Position numbers and translations under genes: made by a program. Below the pieces are notes generated by a model, which did not search any database, was not told where the DNA came from, and saw only the letters and a program-made list of their open reading frames with translations. From positions 160,001-224,000 of the forward strand of contig JBMNFL010000001.1 in NCBI GenBank assembly GCA_050949315.1: DNA of 64,000 bases, in the 5' to 3' direction. The DNA is from Bacilli bacterium (GTDB lineage: Bacteria; Bacillota_I; Bacilli_A; RFN20; UBA1709). Below, piece by piece: positions 19,548 to 29,235 of the stretch (the first letter of the stretch is position 1; every line of letters begins with the position of its first letter).

Positions 19548-20786
19548 ATGGCTAAGAAAAAATTGGTTGGCGCCTGTTTACTTGCTCAATCAGGTGGACC
19601 GACCGCGGTTATTAATGCTAGTGCCGCTGGGGTCTTTTTAGAGGCCCTGAATAATGATTGTATCACCAATGTATATGCGGCTGCTTATGGTGTGGCTGGC
19701 ATTTTAGGTGATGAAATTTATGATATGGGCCAAGAGGATTTAAGCGAACTGGAATTATTAAAGAATACGCCCTCATCGGCCTTGGGCTCCGCTCGCTATA
19801 AACTAAAGGATTTTGGCACTGATAGTAGAGAATATGAACGCATTCTAGAAGTTTTCCGCAAATATAATATCCGTTATTTCTTCTTCAATGGTGGCAATGA
19901 TTCGATGGACACTTGTAATAAAATTAGTAAATATATGAAGTCTGAGGGTTATGAATGTCGCATTATTGGTATTCCTAAAACCGTGGATAACGATTTGATG
20001 TTTACTGATCATTGTCCAGGTTATGGCAGTGCGGCTAGATATATTGCCACTACCATGATGGAGATTGGTCTTGATGCCCGTGTTTATGATATAACCTCGG
20101 TAACCGTAGTTGAGATAATGGGGCGTAATGCCGGCTGGTTAACGGCGGCTGCCTCTTTAGCGGGCGAATCTAAACCCGATTTGATTTATTTACCAGAAAT
20201 ACCCTTTAGTACTTCTAAATTTATTGCCGATGTCGGCGCGGTTTTAAAAAAGAAAAGGAATTGTTTAATTGCGATCTCTGAAGGGCTAAGAACCCGCGAG
20301 GGTCAGTATATTACCGATATGACCGCTGGTGTTGATCATTTTGGTCACACCCAACTTGGTGGGGCGGGGGAATTTTTAGAAGATATCGTTCGGCGGGAAT
20401 TTGGTTGTAAATGCCGCTCAATTGAGTTTAGTTTAATGCAACGCAGCGCCGCCCATCTGGCTTCCCAAACTGATATTGATGAGGCTTTTGAAGCCGGCAG
20501 AATGGCGGTTAAATGGGCTGTTAAAGGCGAGAGTGATAAGATGGTAATTTTAGTTCGTGACCAAGATGAAAAAGGTCAGTACAAATGCCGTTATGAACTA
20601 GCGGAATTAGCCTACATCGCGAATATTGAGAAGAAGTTTCCGCGTGAATGGATTAGTGAGGATGGAACAGCGATTATGCCGGCCTATTTTGAATATGCCA
20701 TGCCTTTAATTCAGGGAGTACCGGAACTTAGATATGAGAATAGTTTACCAAGATTTGCACGTTTAAAGAAAGTGAGGGCGAAATAA
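19548..20786 (+). CDS. pfp: Probable PPi-dependent phosphofructokinase
   Basis: QSGGPTAVIN, GGNDS and PKTVDND (PPi-type Asp/Lys), MGRNAGW. Start at ATG 19548 after AGGAGGAG. Confidence 0.85.
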   Translation: MAKKKLVGACLLAQSGGPTAVINASAAGVFLEALNNDCITNVYAAAYGVAGILGDEIYDMGQEDLSELELLKNTPSSALGSARYKLKDFGTDSREYERILEVFRKYNIRYFFFNGGNDSMDTCNKISKYMKSEGYECRIIGIPKTVDNDLMFTDHCPGYGSAARYIATTMMEIGLDARVYDITSVTVVEIMGRNAGWLTAAASLAGESKPDLIYLPEIPFSTSKFIADVGAVLKKKRNCLIAISEGLRTREGQYITDMTAGVDHFGHTQLGGAGEFLEDIVRREFGCKCRSIEFSLMQRSAAHLASQTDIDEAFEAGRMAVKWAVKGESDKMVILVRDQDEKGQYKCRYELAELAYIANIEKKFPREWISEDGTAIMPAYFEYAMPLIQGVPELRYENSLPRFARLKKVRAK

Positions 20787-22207
20787 TGCCTATTTTAAAA
20801 AAGACCAAAATTGTTGCCACAATTGGTCCGGCTTCGGACAAGAAGGAAATTATTAAACGCTTTATTGCCGCGGGGGTTAATGTTGCCCGCTTGAATTTTT
20901 CTCATGGTGATCATGCAAGCCACCAAGAAAAGGTTGATATTTTAAATGAGTTAATTGAGGAAGGCAATAACATTGCAATTCTACTAGACACTAGGGGCCC
21001 TGAGGTAAGGACGGGGGATTTTGAAAGTGGAATGGCCAGTTTTAAGGCTGGTGAGTTGACAAGGATTTGTATGCGTAAGGTTTTGGGAACAAAAGATTTA
21101 TTTTCAGTTACCTATCCCAATTTTTATGATGATGTCAAAATTAACGATGTTATTCGCATAGATGATGGTCGTCTTTCTTTAACTGTTAAGGAAAAGGACG
21201 AGGAGAAAAGAGAGTTGATTTTAAGAGTTGAAAATAGTCATACGGTTAGAGATAAGCGTAGTATTGTCACGCCTTTTTCGCGTTCATCTCTACCTTTTGT
21301 TTCACCTAGCGATGCTGAGGATATTCGTTTTGCCTGCCGTAATAACATTGATTTTATTGCTTTATCCTTTACTAGATGTAAAGAAGATGTTTTGCAAATT
21401 AAGGAGATTTTAAAAGAGGAAGGCAAGGAAGATACGGTAATAATTGCTAAAATTGAGAATTATGAAGGCTATAAAAATGCCGAAGAAATTTTAAGTGTGG
21501 CTGGGGGGATTATGATTGCTAGAGGTGATTTAGGAGTTGAGGTCAATCCTGAAGAGGTACCGATTATCCAAAAAGAACTGGTAAATCTTGCCAATCGTAT
21601 GGGGAAAATAGTTATTGTAGCTACCCATATGTTAGATAGCATGCAGAATAATCCTACCCCCACTAGAGCCGAAGTTAGCGACGTGGCTAATGCCGTCTAT
21701 GAGGGTTGTGATGCTGTGATGCTTTCAGGTGAATCAGCCTCAGGACAATTCCCGGTTGAATCGGTGGCAATGGAAGCGCGAATTGCTAAACGCATTGAGG
21801 ATATTTTAGATTACCATAAGTTAGCCGAAGAGGGCTTTAAACATACTAAGGGCGACCATAATGATGGTATTGCTTACTCGGTAGCTAGTACGGTTTTACT
21901 CAGTAATGCCAAGTTAATTGTTTGTTTTAGTAAGACTGGTAGTACCGCTAGGCGTATCAGTTATTATCGGCCAAAATGCCCCGTTGTTTCTATTTCGCCT
22001 TCTAAACGGGTTAAGCGCTCTTTATGTCTGAATTGGGGTGTTTATGGCTACTATCAAAAAGACTTTACCACCAAAGAGATGTCGGCCAGTCAGTTTGCCA
22101 TCAAAATTGCCAAGAAGTATGGGATTAAAAAAGGCGAACGCATCATCCTAACTGGAGGCGATGGTGCAGGCAACACCAACTTTATGAAATTAGTTAAGGT
22201 TGAATAA
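20786..22207 (+). CDS. pyk: Pyruvate kinase
   Basis: KTKIVATIGPAS, ARLNFSHG, MIARGDLGVE, PTRAEVSDVAN. Confidence 0.98.
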   Translation: MPILKKTKIVATIGPASDKKEIIKRFIAAGVNVARLNFSHGDHASHQEKVDILNELIEEGNNIAILLDTRGPEVRTGDFESGMASFKAGELTRICMRKVLGTKDLFSVTYPNFYDDVKINDVIRIDDGRLSLTVKEKDEEKRELILRVENSHTVRDKRSIVTPFSRSSLPFVSPSDAEDIRFACRNNIDFIALSFTRCKEDVLQIKEILKEEGKEDTVIIAKIENYEGYKNAEEILSVAGGIMIARGDLGVEVNPEEVPIIQKELVNLANRMGKIVIVATHMLDSMQNNPTPTRAEVSDVANAVYEGCDAVMLSGESASGQFPVESVAMEARIAKRIEDILDYHKLAEEGFKHTKGDHNDGIAYSVASTVLLSNAKLIVCFSKTGSTARRISYYRPKCPVVSISPSKRVKRSLCLNWGVYGYYQKDFTTKEMSASQFAIKIAKKYGIKKGERIILTGGDGAGNTNFMKLVKVE

Positions 22208-22229
22208 GCTAGAATTGTTGATGTTTTGG

Positions 22230-22258
22230 TTGACAAGAAAGGAAATAACCAGCATAAT
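22230..22258 (+). promoter_or_regulatory. sigma-A promoter of thrS
   Basis: TTGACA-17bp-CATAAT. Confidence 0.75.
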
Positions 22259-22274
22259 TTACGTGTAAACTTTA

Positions 22275-22475
22275 ATTAAGATACGATTCGCTTTTATCGG
22301 ATTTAGAGAGGAAACGCTTGGTGCAAGTTTCTGAAGAAAAAGTAGAGTTACCACTTAATAGGGCGTTGTGAACAGCGACGTTACTTGGCGTTAACAAGTT
22401 CGAGAGCATAGATTTTTCTATGAACTAAGGTGGTACCGCGCGAAATACAAGCGTCCTTGGCTGGGCGCTTTTTTG
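22275..22475 (+). promoter_or_regulatory. T-box riboswitch (Thr)
   Basis: AGAGAG/GGTGCAA stem-I motifs, probable specifier ACC at 22350-22352, T-box AAGGTGGTACCGCG at 22427-22440, terminator AAGCGTCC...GGGCGCTT plus T-run. Confidence 0.93.
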
Positions 22476-22495
22476 TTTAAATAGGAGGTAAGCAT

Positions 22496-24400
22496 ATGGT
22501 CCAAGTTAAACTTAAAGATGGCAAAATCATGAAGGTAGAGAAAGGGACGAAATTTGGCGATATCGCCCAAATGATCAACTCGTCGCTACGCAAAAAGGTT
22601 TTAGTTGTTGAGGTAGATGGTCTTCTTAAGGACTTAAATGTCCCTGTTATGGAAGATTGTCAAATTGATTTCGTCACAAGAGATGATGAAAGAGCTTTTC
22701 CTGTTTTGAATCATTCTGGGGCCCATCTTTTGGCTCAGGCGGTTAAGCGCTTATATCCGCAGGCCTTGTTTTGGGTTGGTCCGGCCATTGAAGAGGGCTT
22801 TTATTACGATATGGATCTAGGCGATGTCACCTTAAAAGATGAGGATTTAATCGCGATTGAACAGGAGATGAAAGCCATTGTCAAACAAGGCGAAGTAATT
22901 GAGCATCGTGTGGTTTCTAAGAAGGAAGCCTTAAAACTCTTTGCCGACAATCCCTATAAAATTGACTTAATAAACGAACTTGATGAACATGAGGAAATAA
23001 GCGTTTATAGTCAGGGGGATTTTCTTGATTTATGTCGGGGTCCGCATGTTGAAAATGTTAAAGAAATAAAAGCTTTTAAACTCTTAAAAGTTAGTGGTGC
23101 TTATTATAAGGGTGATTCCAAAAATAAAATGTTCCAACGTATCTATGGTATTGCCTTTGCCTCAGAAGCGGCTTTAAAAGAACATTTATTAATGTTAGAA
23201 GAGGCTAAAAAACGCGATCATAAAAAGTTGGGGCGGGAACTGGATTTATTCATGTTGAGTGAGTATGGTCCAGGCTTTCCTTTTTGGCTACCTAATGGTT
23301 TAGCTATCCGTCGCGAACTAGAAAACTTTTGGTATCACGAACACATTCTGGAGGGTTATGAGTTTATCCAAACTCCCATCTTGCTCAATCAGGAATTGTG
23401 GGAGATTTCCGGGCACTGGCACAATTATCGGGAAAATATGTATACTTCAACCATCGATGATCGCTTGTTTGCTATTAAGCCGATGAATTGTCCTGGGGGC
23501 ATGTTAGTTTATAAGCGTGATTTACATTCTTATCGCGATCTTCCTCTTCGTTGTGGCGAGTTAGGCTTGGTTCACCGCCATGAGGCAAGTGGCGCTTTAA
23601 ACGGTCTTTTTAGAGTGCGAAACTTTACCCAAGATGATGCTCATATTTTCATGACTGAGGAACAGATTGAAAGTGAAATCGCTAGTCTTATCGCTTTTAT
23701 GGGGCGGCTTTATGCGACTTTTGGTCTTGAATACACGATCGAACTTTCAACTAGACCCCTTGAAAAGTATATTGGTTCCATTGAGGTTTGGGATTTGGCT
23801 GAGGCAGCCTTAAAAAAGGCGATGGATTCTTTAAAAATCCCCTATAAAATCAATCCTGGGGATGGGGCTTTCTATGGTCCGAAACTGGATTTTAAAATTC
23901 GCGATTCTCTGAAGCGGATTTGGCAGTGTGGGACGATTCAATTAGATATGAATCTGCCCGAGCGCTTTGATTTAAATTATATTGATGAAAACGGGGAGAA
24001 GAAACGTCCGGTCATGCTGCACCGCGCGATTTTTGGTTCTTTTGAACGCTTCATCGGTATTTTAATTGAACACTATGCTGGTAAATTCCCTCTTTGGTTA
24101 GCACCAATACAGGTAAGTGTTCTTCCCGTTATGGATTTACAGAAAGACTATGCCTTAGAAATTAAGAATAAACTATTAAGAGAAGGTATACGCGTGTGTC
24201 TTGATGCCTCGGCTGAAAAGTTGGGTTATCGGATGCGCAATGCTCAAATAAAGAAAATAAATTATGTGTTAGTTGTCGGAGATGAGGAGAAAAGCAAAGG
24301 TCTAGTAACCTATCGAAAACATGGTGAACAAAAACAAAATACGGTTAGTTATGAGGCCTTTATCCAGTTAATCAAAGAACAAATCAAAAATAAGGAATAG
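22496..24400 (+). CDS. thrS: Threonine--tRNA ligase
   Basis: DLCRGPH, KPMNCP, FRVRNFTQDDAH, GAFYGPKLD. Confidence 0.99.
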   Translation: MVQVKLKDGKIMKVEKGTKFGDIAQMINSSLRKKVLVVEVDGLLKDLNVPVMEDCQIDFVTRDDERAFPVLNHSGAHLLAQAVKRLYPQALFWVGPAIEEGFYYDMDLGDVTLKDEDLIAIEQEMKAIVKQGEVIEHRVVSKKEALKLFADNPYKIDLINELDEHEEISVYSQGDFLDLCRGPHVENVKEIKAFKLLKVSGAYYKGDSKNKMFQRIYGIAFASEAALKEHLLMLEEAKKRDHKKLGRELDLFMLSEYGPGFPFWLPNGLAIRRELENFWYHEHILEGYEFIQTPILLNQELWEISGHWHNYRENMYTSTIDDRLFAIKPMNCPGGMLVYKRDLHSYRDLPLRCGELGLVHRHEASGALNGLFRVRNFTQDDAHIFMTEEQIESEIASLIAFMGRLYATFGLEYTIELSTRPLEKYIGSIEVWDLAEAALKKAMDSLKIPYKINPGDGAFYGPKLDFKIRDSLKRIWQCGTIQLDMNLPERFDLNYIDENGEKKRPVMLHRAIFGSFERFIGILIEHYAGKFPLWLAPIQVSVLPVMDLQKDYALEIKNKLLREGIRVCLDASAEKLGYRMRNAQIKKINYVLVVGDEEKSKGLVTYRKHGEQKQNTVSYEAFIQLIKEQIKNKE

Positions 24401-24416
24401 TGACTATTCCTTTTTT
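24392..24416 (+). terminator. Terminator after thrS
   Basis: AAGGAATAG-TGA-CTATTCCTT followed by a T-run. Confidence 0.8.
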
Positions 24417-24464
24417 AATGTTTTTTTGAAAGGAATGTGTTATACTCTTTGCGAGGTGATTTTT

Positions 24465-25415
24465 ATGGAAAGTACAAAGTTGTTTAATTCAGTGCGTTTA
24501 ACCTTTTGGTCGATTTTATTAACTCTTTTTTCACTGAACTTGTTTGATATTGGTCCAATATCCAGTGGTCATTTGTTTACTATCGCTGGCATAGTCTTGG
24601 GCTTTATGGCTTTATCAAAACTAGTTAAAGAGGATAGTAAGTTTAAAATAGCTTTTGTTTTTTTATTTATATATGCAGCTTTAATTGTAGTAAATCTCGT
24701 ATTGGCCTTTGTTGATTATGGGACGGGTTCTTTTAATCAAGCGGCAACTTTATTACAGTCTAAAGAAATTATTCCAGTGGAAATACTAAATAAAATGCTG
24801 GTCGTACTTTGTTTGTCAGTAGTTATGGTGGCCGTGCAGATTCTTTGGATGATATTTTTAGCTCAAGGCTTACGAAATTTATGTTTTGCTCGCGAAAAGA
24901 GAGCTCTTCATCGTGAGGGAAAAAGACGGGTTAAAGGTCTAGGAATTTTTGGGGTTGTTTATTTTATTGGAATGGTGGCTGCCTGTAGTGGCTTATTAAC
25001 TTTGTTTGATCGTTTAAATGCTTATTATGCAAATTCTAATCCTGAAACCACAATGAATCTTACTAGTGCTACTCAGCAGTTTACTTTGGCTGCTGTAATC
25101 TTGATGGTTGGTGTAATTAGCTTCTATGTTAGCAGTATCAAATTCCTCATGTATATCAGTCGTGTAAAGTTAATTGTAGATAAACCTAACCCAGTCTATG
25201 ATATCCCTAGCACGCCTAATGTTGATCAAAATCCTTCTCAAACGAGTAGTGGTGGCGAAGGCTCAAGTTTTGATGGTCGTTATGGCCAAACCAAACAAAC
25301 CTATAGTTATGATGAATATGTTCCAGGTACTAGGATTAAAGAAAGTGATGTTGTTGATGTCGAAATAGAGAAGAAAAAAGAAAAGAAAAAGAACTGGGAT
25401 GATGAAATTAAATAA
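24465..25415 (+). CDS. Hypothetical multi-pass membrane protein with hydrophilic C-terminal tail
   Basis: About 6 hydrophobic segments; RBS GAGGTG before ATG 24465; no family recognised. Confidence 0.8.
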   Translation: MESTKLFNSVRLTFWSILLTLFSLNLFDIGPISSGHLFTIAGIVLGFMALSKLVKEDSKFKIAFVFLFIYAALIVVNLVLAFVDYGTGSFNQAATLLQSKEIIPVEILNKMLVVLCLSVVMVAVQILWMIFLAQGLRNLCFAREKRALHREGKRRVKGLGIFGVVYFIGMVAACSGLLTLFDRLNAYYANSNPETTMNLTSATQQFTLAAVILMVGVISFYVSSIKFLMYISRVKLIVDKPNPVYDIPSTPNVDQNPSQTSSGGEGSSFDGRYGQTKQTYSYDEYVPGTRIKESDVVDVEIEKKKEKKKNWDDEIK

Positions 25416-25416
25416 G

Positions 25417-25442
25417 AAAATCTGGGCTTCCCAGATTTTTTT
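25417..25442. terminator. Bidirectional terminator
   Basis: AAAATCTGGG-CTT-CCCAGATTTT between convergent genes. Confidence 0.85.
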
Positions 25443-26916
25443 ATTTCACAATAAGTTCAATAGCTCTTTTAATTTTATGAGCACTGTCGCTAGCAAGCAT
25501 AGTGATAGCACAAGCTTCACTTTCGGCTTCTTCTCCTGCTAAGCCATTGATATAAGCGGCGCAGGCACTAACAAGGGCACGCTCTTCTTTTGATTGTCCA
25601 CATAGAGCACATAAAACACCGGCAAAAACATCACCACTACCAGCACTGGCCATGCCTGCTGTCCCGCGATCAACAAGATAAACTAACTGTCCGTTACTAA
25701 CAATATTAGTAGGGCCTTTAAGGAGCAAAGTTAGGTTATAATTCTTAGCAAAAGATTGAACTTCTTTAATCGGATTTGTATTGATTTCTTCGATAGATTT
25801 TTCACAAATACGGGAGAACTCTTTTAGGTGTGGTGTTAAAATAATTTGTGCCTTACTTTCCTTTAAAAGTTTTTTGTCCATTTCGGCTAAAATGTTTAAG
25901 GCATCAGCATCAAAGATAAGCGTTTCTTGATAATTCTTTAGAAGGTATGTGATCAATTTTTTTAAGTGTTCATTTTGCCCATATCCCATACCAACTGCAA
26001 CAGCCTTAGTATTAAAAATTAGTTCCTCAACTTCCTTTTCTTGGAAGCGGCTACTGAGTGGGAAAACAGTGCTTTCTAAGATGTAGGGTAAGACAGCGTT
26101 AACCAGTCTTTCAGGGATAGCTAATTTAACAACTCCCGCTCCTGAGTACATCGCTGAAGCAGCTAGATTCGCCAGTTTAATAGCCCCTGAATAGCGGATG
26201 GATCCACCAATCAAGGCGATATAGCCATAATCTCCTTTATGAGAATATTGCTTTCGTGTTTTTAACACTTCTTTAACATCAGCCTTTTCAATTAAATAAT
26301 AGCTTTCGGCCAAACTTTCTAAACCAATGTCCCCATAGACTTTTTCTTTAATATAGTCTTTAGCCATGGCGAGAAAATGACCGGGTTTAAAAGTCCCAAT
26401 CGCGATAGTTAAATCAGACTTAACCGCTAGTTTTGTTAGACCATTATCGCTATTTAAACCACTATTGATATCAGCAGAAATAACATAGGCTGAGCTAAGG
26501 TTTATTTTTTCGATAACCTCTCTTGCTAGACCCTTAACTTCGCCTTTAAAGCCGGTTCCAAAAAGACAATCAACTAAAGTTTTGTAGCCTTCAAAATTTG
26601 TTGCTGGGCTTAACAAGTGAGTTTTAATTCTTGACTCTTGACATTTTTGGTAGTAGAAAAAGCCAGCAGGACTAAACTTTTCGGCTAGCAAAAAGATTTC
26701 AACTTCGATGTTGTGTTCCTTTAATAAGAGGGCTAAAGCAAAACCATCGCCAGCGTTATTGCCATAGCCAGCAATGATGGCAACGGGTCCTTGATAGTTA
26801 TGAGACTTAAAAAGAACGTTCGCGGCTTTTGCCATTAATTCTTGAACGTCGCAACCTTTTTCAATAGTGTAGGCTTCGTTTTTTAAGCTACTAGCGACGG
26901 ATAAAACTTTAAGCAT
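25441..26916 (-). CDS. nnr: Bifunctional NAD(P)H-hydrate epimerase/dehydratase (YjeF)
   Basis: GYGNNAGDG, DCLFGTG, SHKGDYG, DADAL, TPHLKEF, AGSGDV. Confidence 0.95.
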   Translation of the reverse strand: MLKVLSVASSLKNEAYTIEKGCDVQELMAKAANVLFKSHNYQGPVAIIAGYGNNAGDGFALALLLKEHNIEVEIFLLAEKFSPAGFFYYQKCQESRIKTHLLSPATNFEGYKTLVDCLFGTGFKGEVKGLAREVIEKINLSSAYVISADINSGLNSDNGLTKLAVKSDLTIAIGTFKPGHFLAMAKDYIKEKVYGDIGLESLAESYYLIEKADVKEVLKTRKQYSHKGDYGYIALIGGSIRYSGAIKLANLAASAMYSGAGVVKLAIPERLVNAVLPYILESTVFPLSSRFQEKEVEELIFNTKAVAVGMGYGQNEHLKKLITYLLKNYQETLIFDADALNILAEMDKKLLKESKAQIILTPHLKEFSRICEKSIEEINTNPIKEVQSFAKNYNLTLLLKGPTNIVSNGQLVYLVDRGTAGMASAGSGDVFAGVLCALCGQSKEERALVSACAAYINGLAGEEAESEACAITMLASDSAHKIKRAIELIVK

Positions 26917-26973
26917 TTTCTCACCTTCTAACTAAGTATATCACAGCTTAAATCAGGCGACAATTTACAGATT

Positions 26974-27015
26974 TTAGCACTCTCCACTTGACAGTGCTAA
27001 AATGTCTGTTATAAT
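26974..27015 (+). promoter_or_regulatory. CIRCE (HrcA operator) overlapping the htpG sigma-A promoter
   Basis: TTAGCACTC-N9-CAGTGCTAA (1 mismatch to consensus) contains the -35 TTGACA at 26988; extended -10 TGnTATAAT ends at 27015. Confidence 0.9.
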
Positions 27016-27050
27016 AGAGTGTGAAAATATAGAAAAGGGGTGTTTTTTTT

Positions 27051-28985
27051 ATGAAAGAAACAAGAGAATTTCAAACAGAATCAAAAGAGTTACTCAATTT
27101 AATGATTAACTCCATCTATACCAACCGCGAGATTTTTTTACGCGAGTTAATCTCCAATGCTTCGGATGCTATTGATAAATATAAGTATCTTGCCTTGACA
27201 AGTAAGGGTAAGCTTCCGAGCAAGGATTATGAGATCCGTCTCATCAACGATGAGAAAGCTAGGACACTGACCATTATTGATAATGGCATCGGTATGAGCA
27301 AAGAAGAATTAATCAATAATCTTGGAACAATTGCTAAATCCGGTTCCAAGGATTTTATCAAAAAGTTTAAAGAAGCCCAAGAGCAGAAAGATATCAATAT
27401 CATCGGCCAATTTGGCGTAGGTTTTTATTCGGCCTTTATGGTGGCCGAAAAAATTGAGGTTCGCACCAAATCAGTAGATAGTGAAGCCTGTCTTTTTACT
27501 AGTTCGGGCCAAGATAGTTATACAATTGAAGATTGTGATAAAGAAGAGAGTGGAACCGAAATTAAACTCTATTTAAAGAAAACCAGTAAGAAAAAAGCAG
27601 AAGAAAGTGAAGATTTTGATCGCTTTTTAAGAAGTTATGAACTTGAACATTTAGTCAAGAAGTACAGTGATTATATTCGTTATCCTATCAAGATGAAAGT
27701 TAAAACTTCAAAGCCTAAACTCGATAAAGATGGCAAAGAAATTGAAGGCAAGTATGAGGACGTTATTGAAGATAAAGTTCTAAATTCGATGATACCCTTG
27801 TGGCGTAAGAATAAAAAAGATGTCAGTGATGAAGAATTAGCGGATTTTTACCGCAATAAATTTGCCGATTATGAAGAGCCTTTGTTTTCGGTGTTTCTCA
27901 AGGTTGATGGGCTAATCAATTATGATGCTTTGCTTTACGTTCCCTCCCATGCTCCCTATAACCTTTACAGTGACAACTATGAAAAGGGCTTGCAACTTTA
28001 TTCTAAGGGGATTTTTATCCAAGAAAAGTGTGCAGATTTAATTCCCGATTATCTCAAATTTGTGAAGGGTTTAGTGGATTCGGACACTTTCAATTTAAAC
28101 ATTTCGCGAGAACTATTACAAAAGTCTCCCGCTCTTAAAAAGATTGCGGATAATATTGAAAAGAAAATCGTTGATCGGCTCAAGGATTGTAAGAAAGAAG
28201 ACTACGATAAATATCTTAAATTTTGGGAAATCTTTGGTGAGCATATAAAATTCGGCATCTATAGCAGCTATGGGGTGAAGAAGGAACTTTTAAAGGATTT
28301 ATTAGTTTTTCGCTCCTTGTTAAATGAAGATAAATATATCTCCTTGAAAGATTATCAAGAGAAAATGCCCAAGGATCAGAAAGCAATCTATTTTGCCTCT
28401 GGTGAAACCATTGAGGGCATCAAATTATTACCCCAGATTGAAAAGTATAAAAAAGAAGGCAAAGATGTTCTCTTGCTAGATAAACGCATTGATGAATTCT
28501 GTTTACTTATGATGCGTGATTATGAGAAATTAGAGTTCAAATCTATCACGGCTGAAAATCAAGATGATTTATCAAAGGCCGATCAAGAGCGCTTAGACTT
28601 CTTAAATAAAGAGCATCAAGACTTCTTAAACACTTTGAAAGAAGGCTTAGGTGATTTAGTTGATCAGGTGAGTTTCTCGCTTAATTTAGTTGAAGCGCCG
28701 GTCTGTATTGCCACTAAAGAAGGCTTATCACTTGGGATGGAAAAAACCTTAAATGAACAGCCAGGAGCCTTTGAAAAAGTCAAGGCTAGTAAGGTCTTAA
28801 AAATCAATCCCGACCATGAGCTTTGTCAGGCGCTCCTTAAGTTTGAAACTGACAAAGAAACCCTTAAAAACTATGCCTCACTTCTGTATGAGGAAGCCAT
28901 GCTTTTAGAGGGCTTTGAGATTAAAAATCGTCAAGAGTTTGTAAAAAAGCTCAATGATTTGATGCTAAAATCATTAAATAAATAA
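27051..28985 (+). CDS. htpG: Hsp90 chaperone HtpG
   Basis: FLRELISNASDA, NLGTIAKSG, IGQFGVGFYS, LNISRE. Confidence 0.98.
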   Translation: MKETREFQTESKELLNLMINSIYTNREIFLRELISNASDAIDKYKYLALTSKGKLPSKDYEIRLINDEKARTLTIIDNGIGMSKEELINNLGTIAKSGSKDFIKKFKEAQEQKDINIIGQFGVGFYSAFMVAEKIEVRTKSVDSEACLFTSSGQDSYTIEDCDKEESGTEIKLYLKKTSKKKAEESEDFDRFLRSYELEHLVKKYSDYIRYPIKMKVKTSKPKLDKDGKEIEGKYEDVIEDKVLNSMIPLWRKNKKDVSDEELADFYRNKFADYEEPLFSVFLKVDGLINYDALLYVPSHAPYNLYSDNYEKGLQLYSKGIFIQEKCADLIPDYLKFVKGLVDSDTFNLNISRELLQKSPALKKIADNIEKKIVDRLKDCKKEDYDKYLKFWEIFGEHIKFGIYSSYGVKKELLKDLLVFRSLLNEDKYISLKDYQEKMPKDQKAIYFASGETIEGIKLLPQIEKYKKEGKDVLLLDKRIDEFCLLMMRDYEKLEFKSITAENQDDLSKADQERLDFLNKEHQDFLNTLKEGLGDLVDQVSFSLNLVEAPVCIATKEGLSLGMEKTLNEQPGAFEKVKASKVLKINPDHELCQALLKFETDKETLKNYASLLYEEAMLLEGFEIKNRQEFVKKLNDLMLKSLNK

Positions 28986-28989
28986 AATT

Positions 28990-29017
28990 AATAGTTGTCT
29001 ATTAGACAACTATTTTT
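28990..29017 (+). terminator. Terminator after htpG
   Basis: AATAGTTGTCT-ATT-AGACAACTATT followed by a T-run. Confidence 0.85.
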
Positions 29018-29235
29018 ATTTTGAAATTTAAAATTTTAAAATTTGAGAAAAAGTCAAGATTTTCGCAATATTTAGGCGATTAGCCGAAAATATTTTTCCT
29101 ATAGTCAAAAATGAAAGGGCTTTTATTTAGACATATGCACAAATAATGCCTGGTTGCCTTTTATGTTTTTTTGTGCTAAAATCTTAAAAGTCAATATTTT
29201 ACTTAAAAATCAATAGATTTTTGGAGGACCTAAAT

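Noticed and set aside
29020-29060. TTTAAAATTTTAAA palindrome upstream of ppsA
   Set aside because: Pure A/T in an AT-rich intergenic region; expected by chance.
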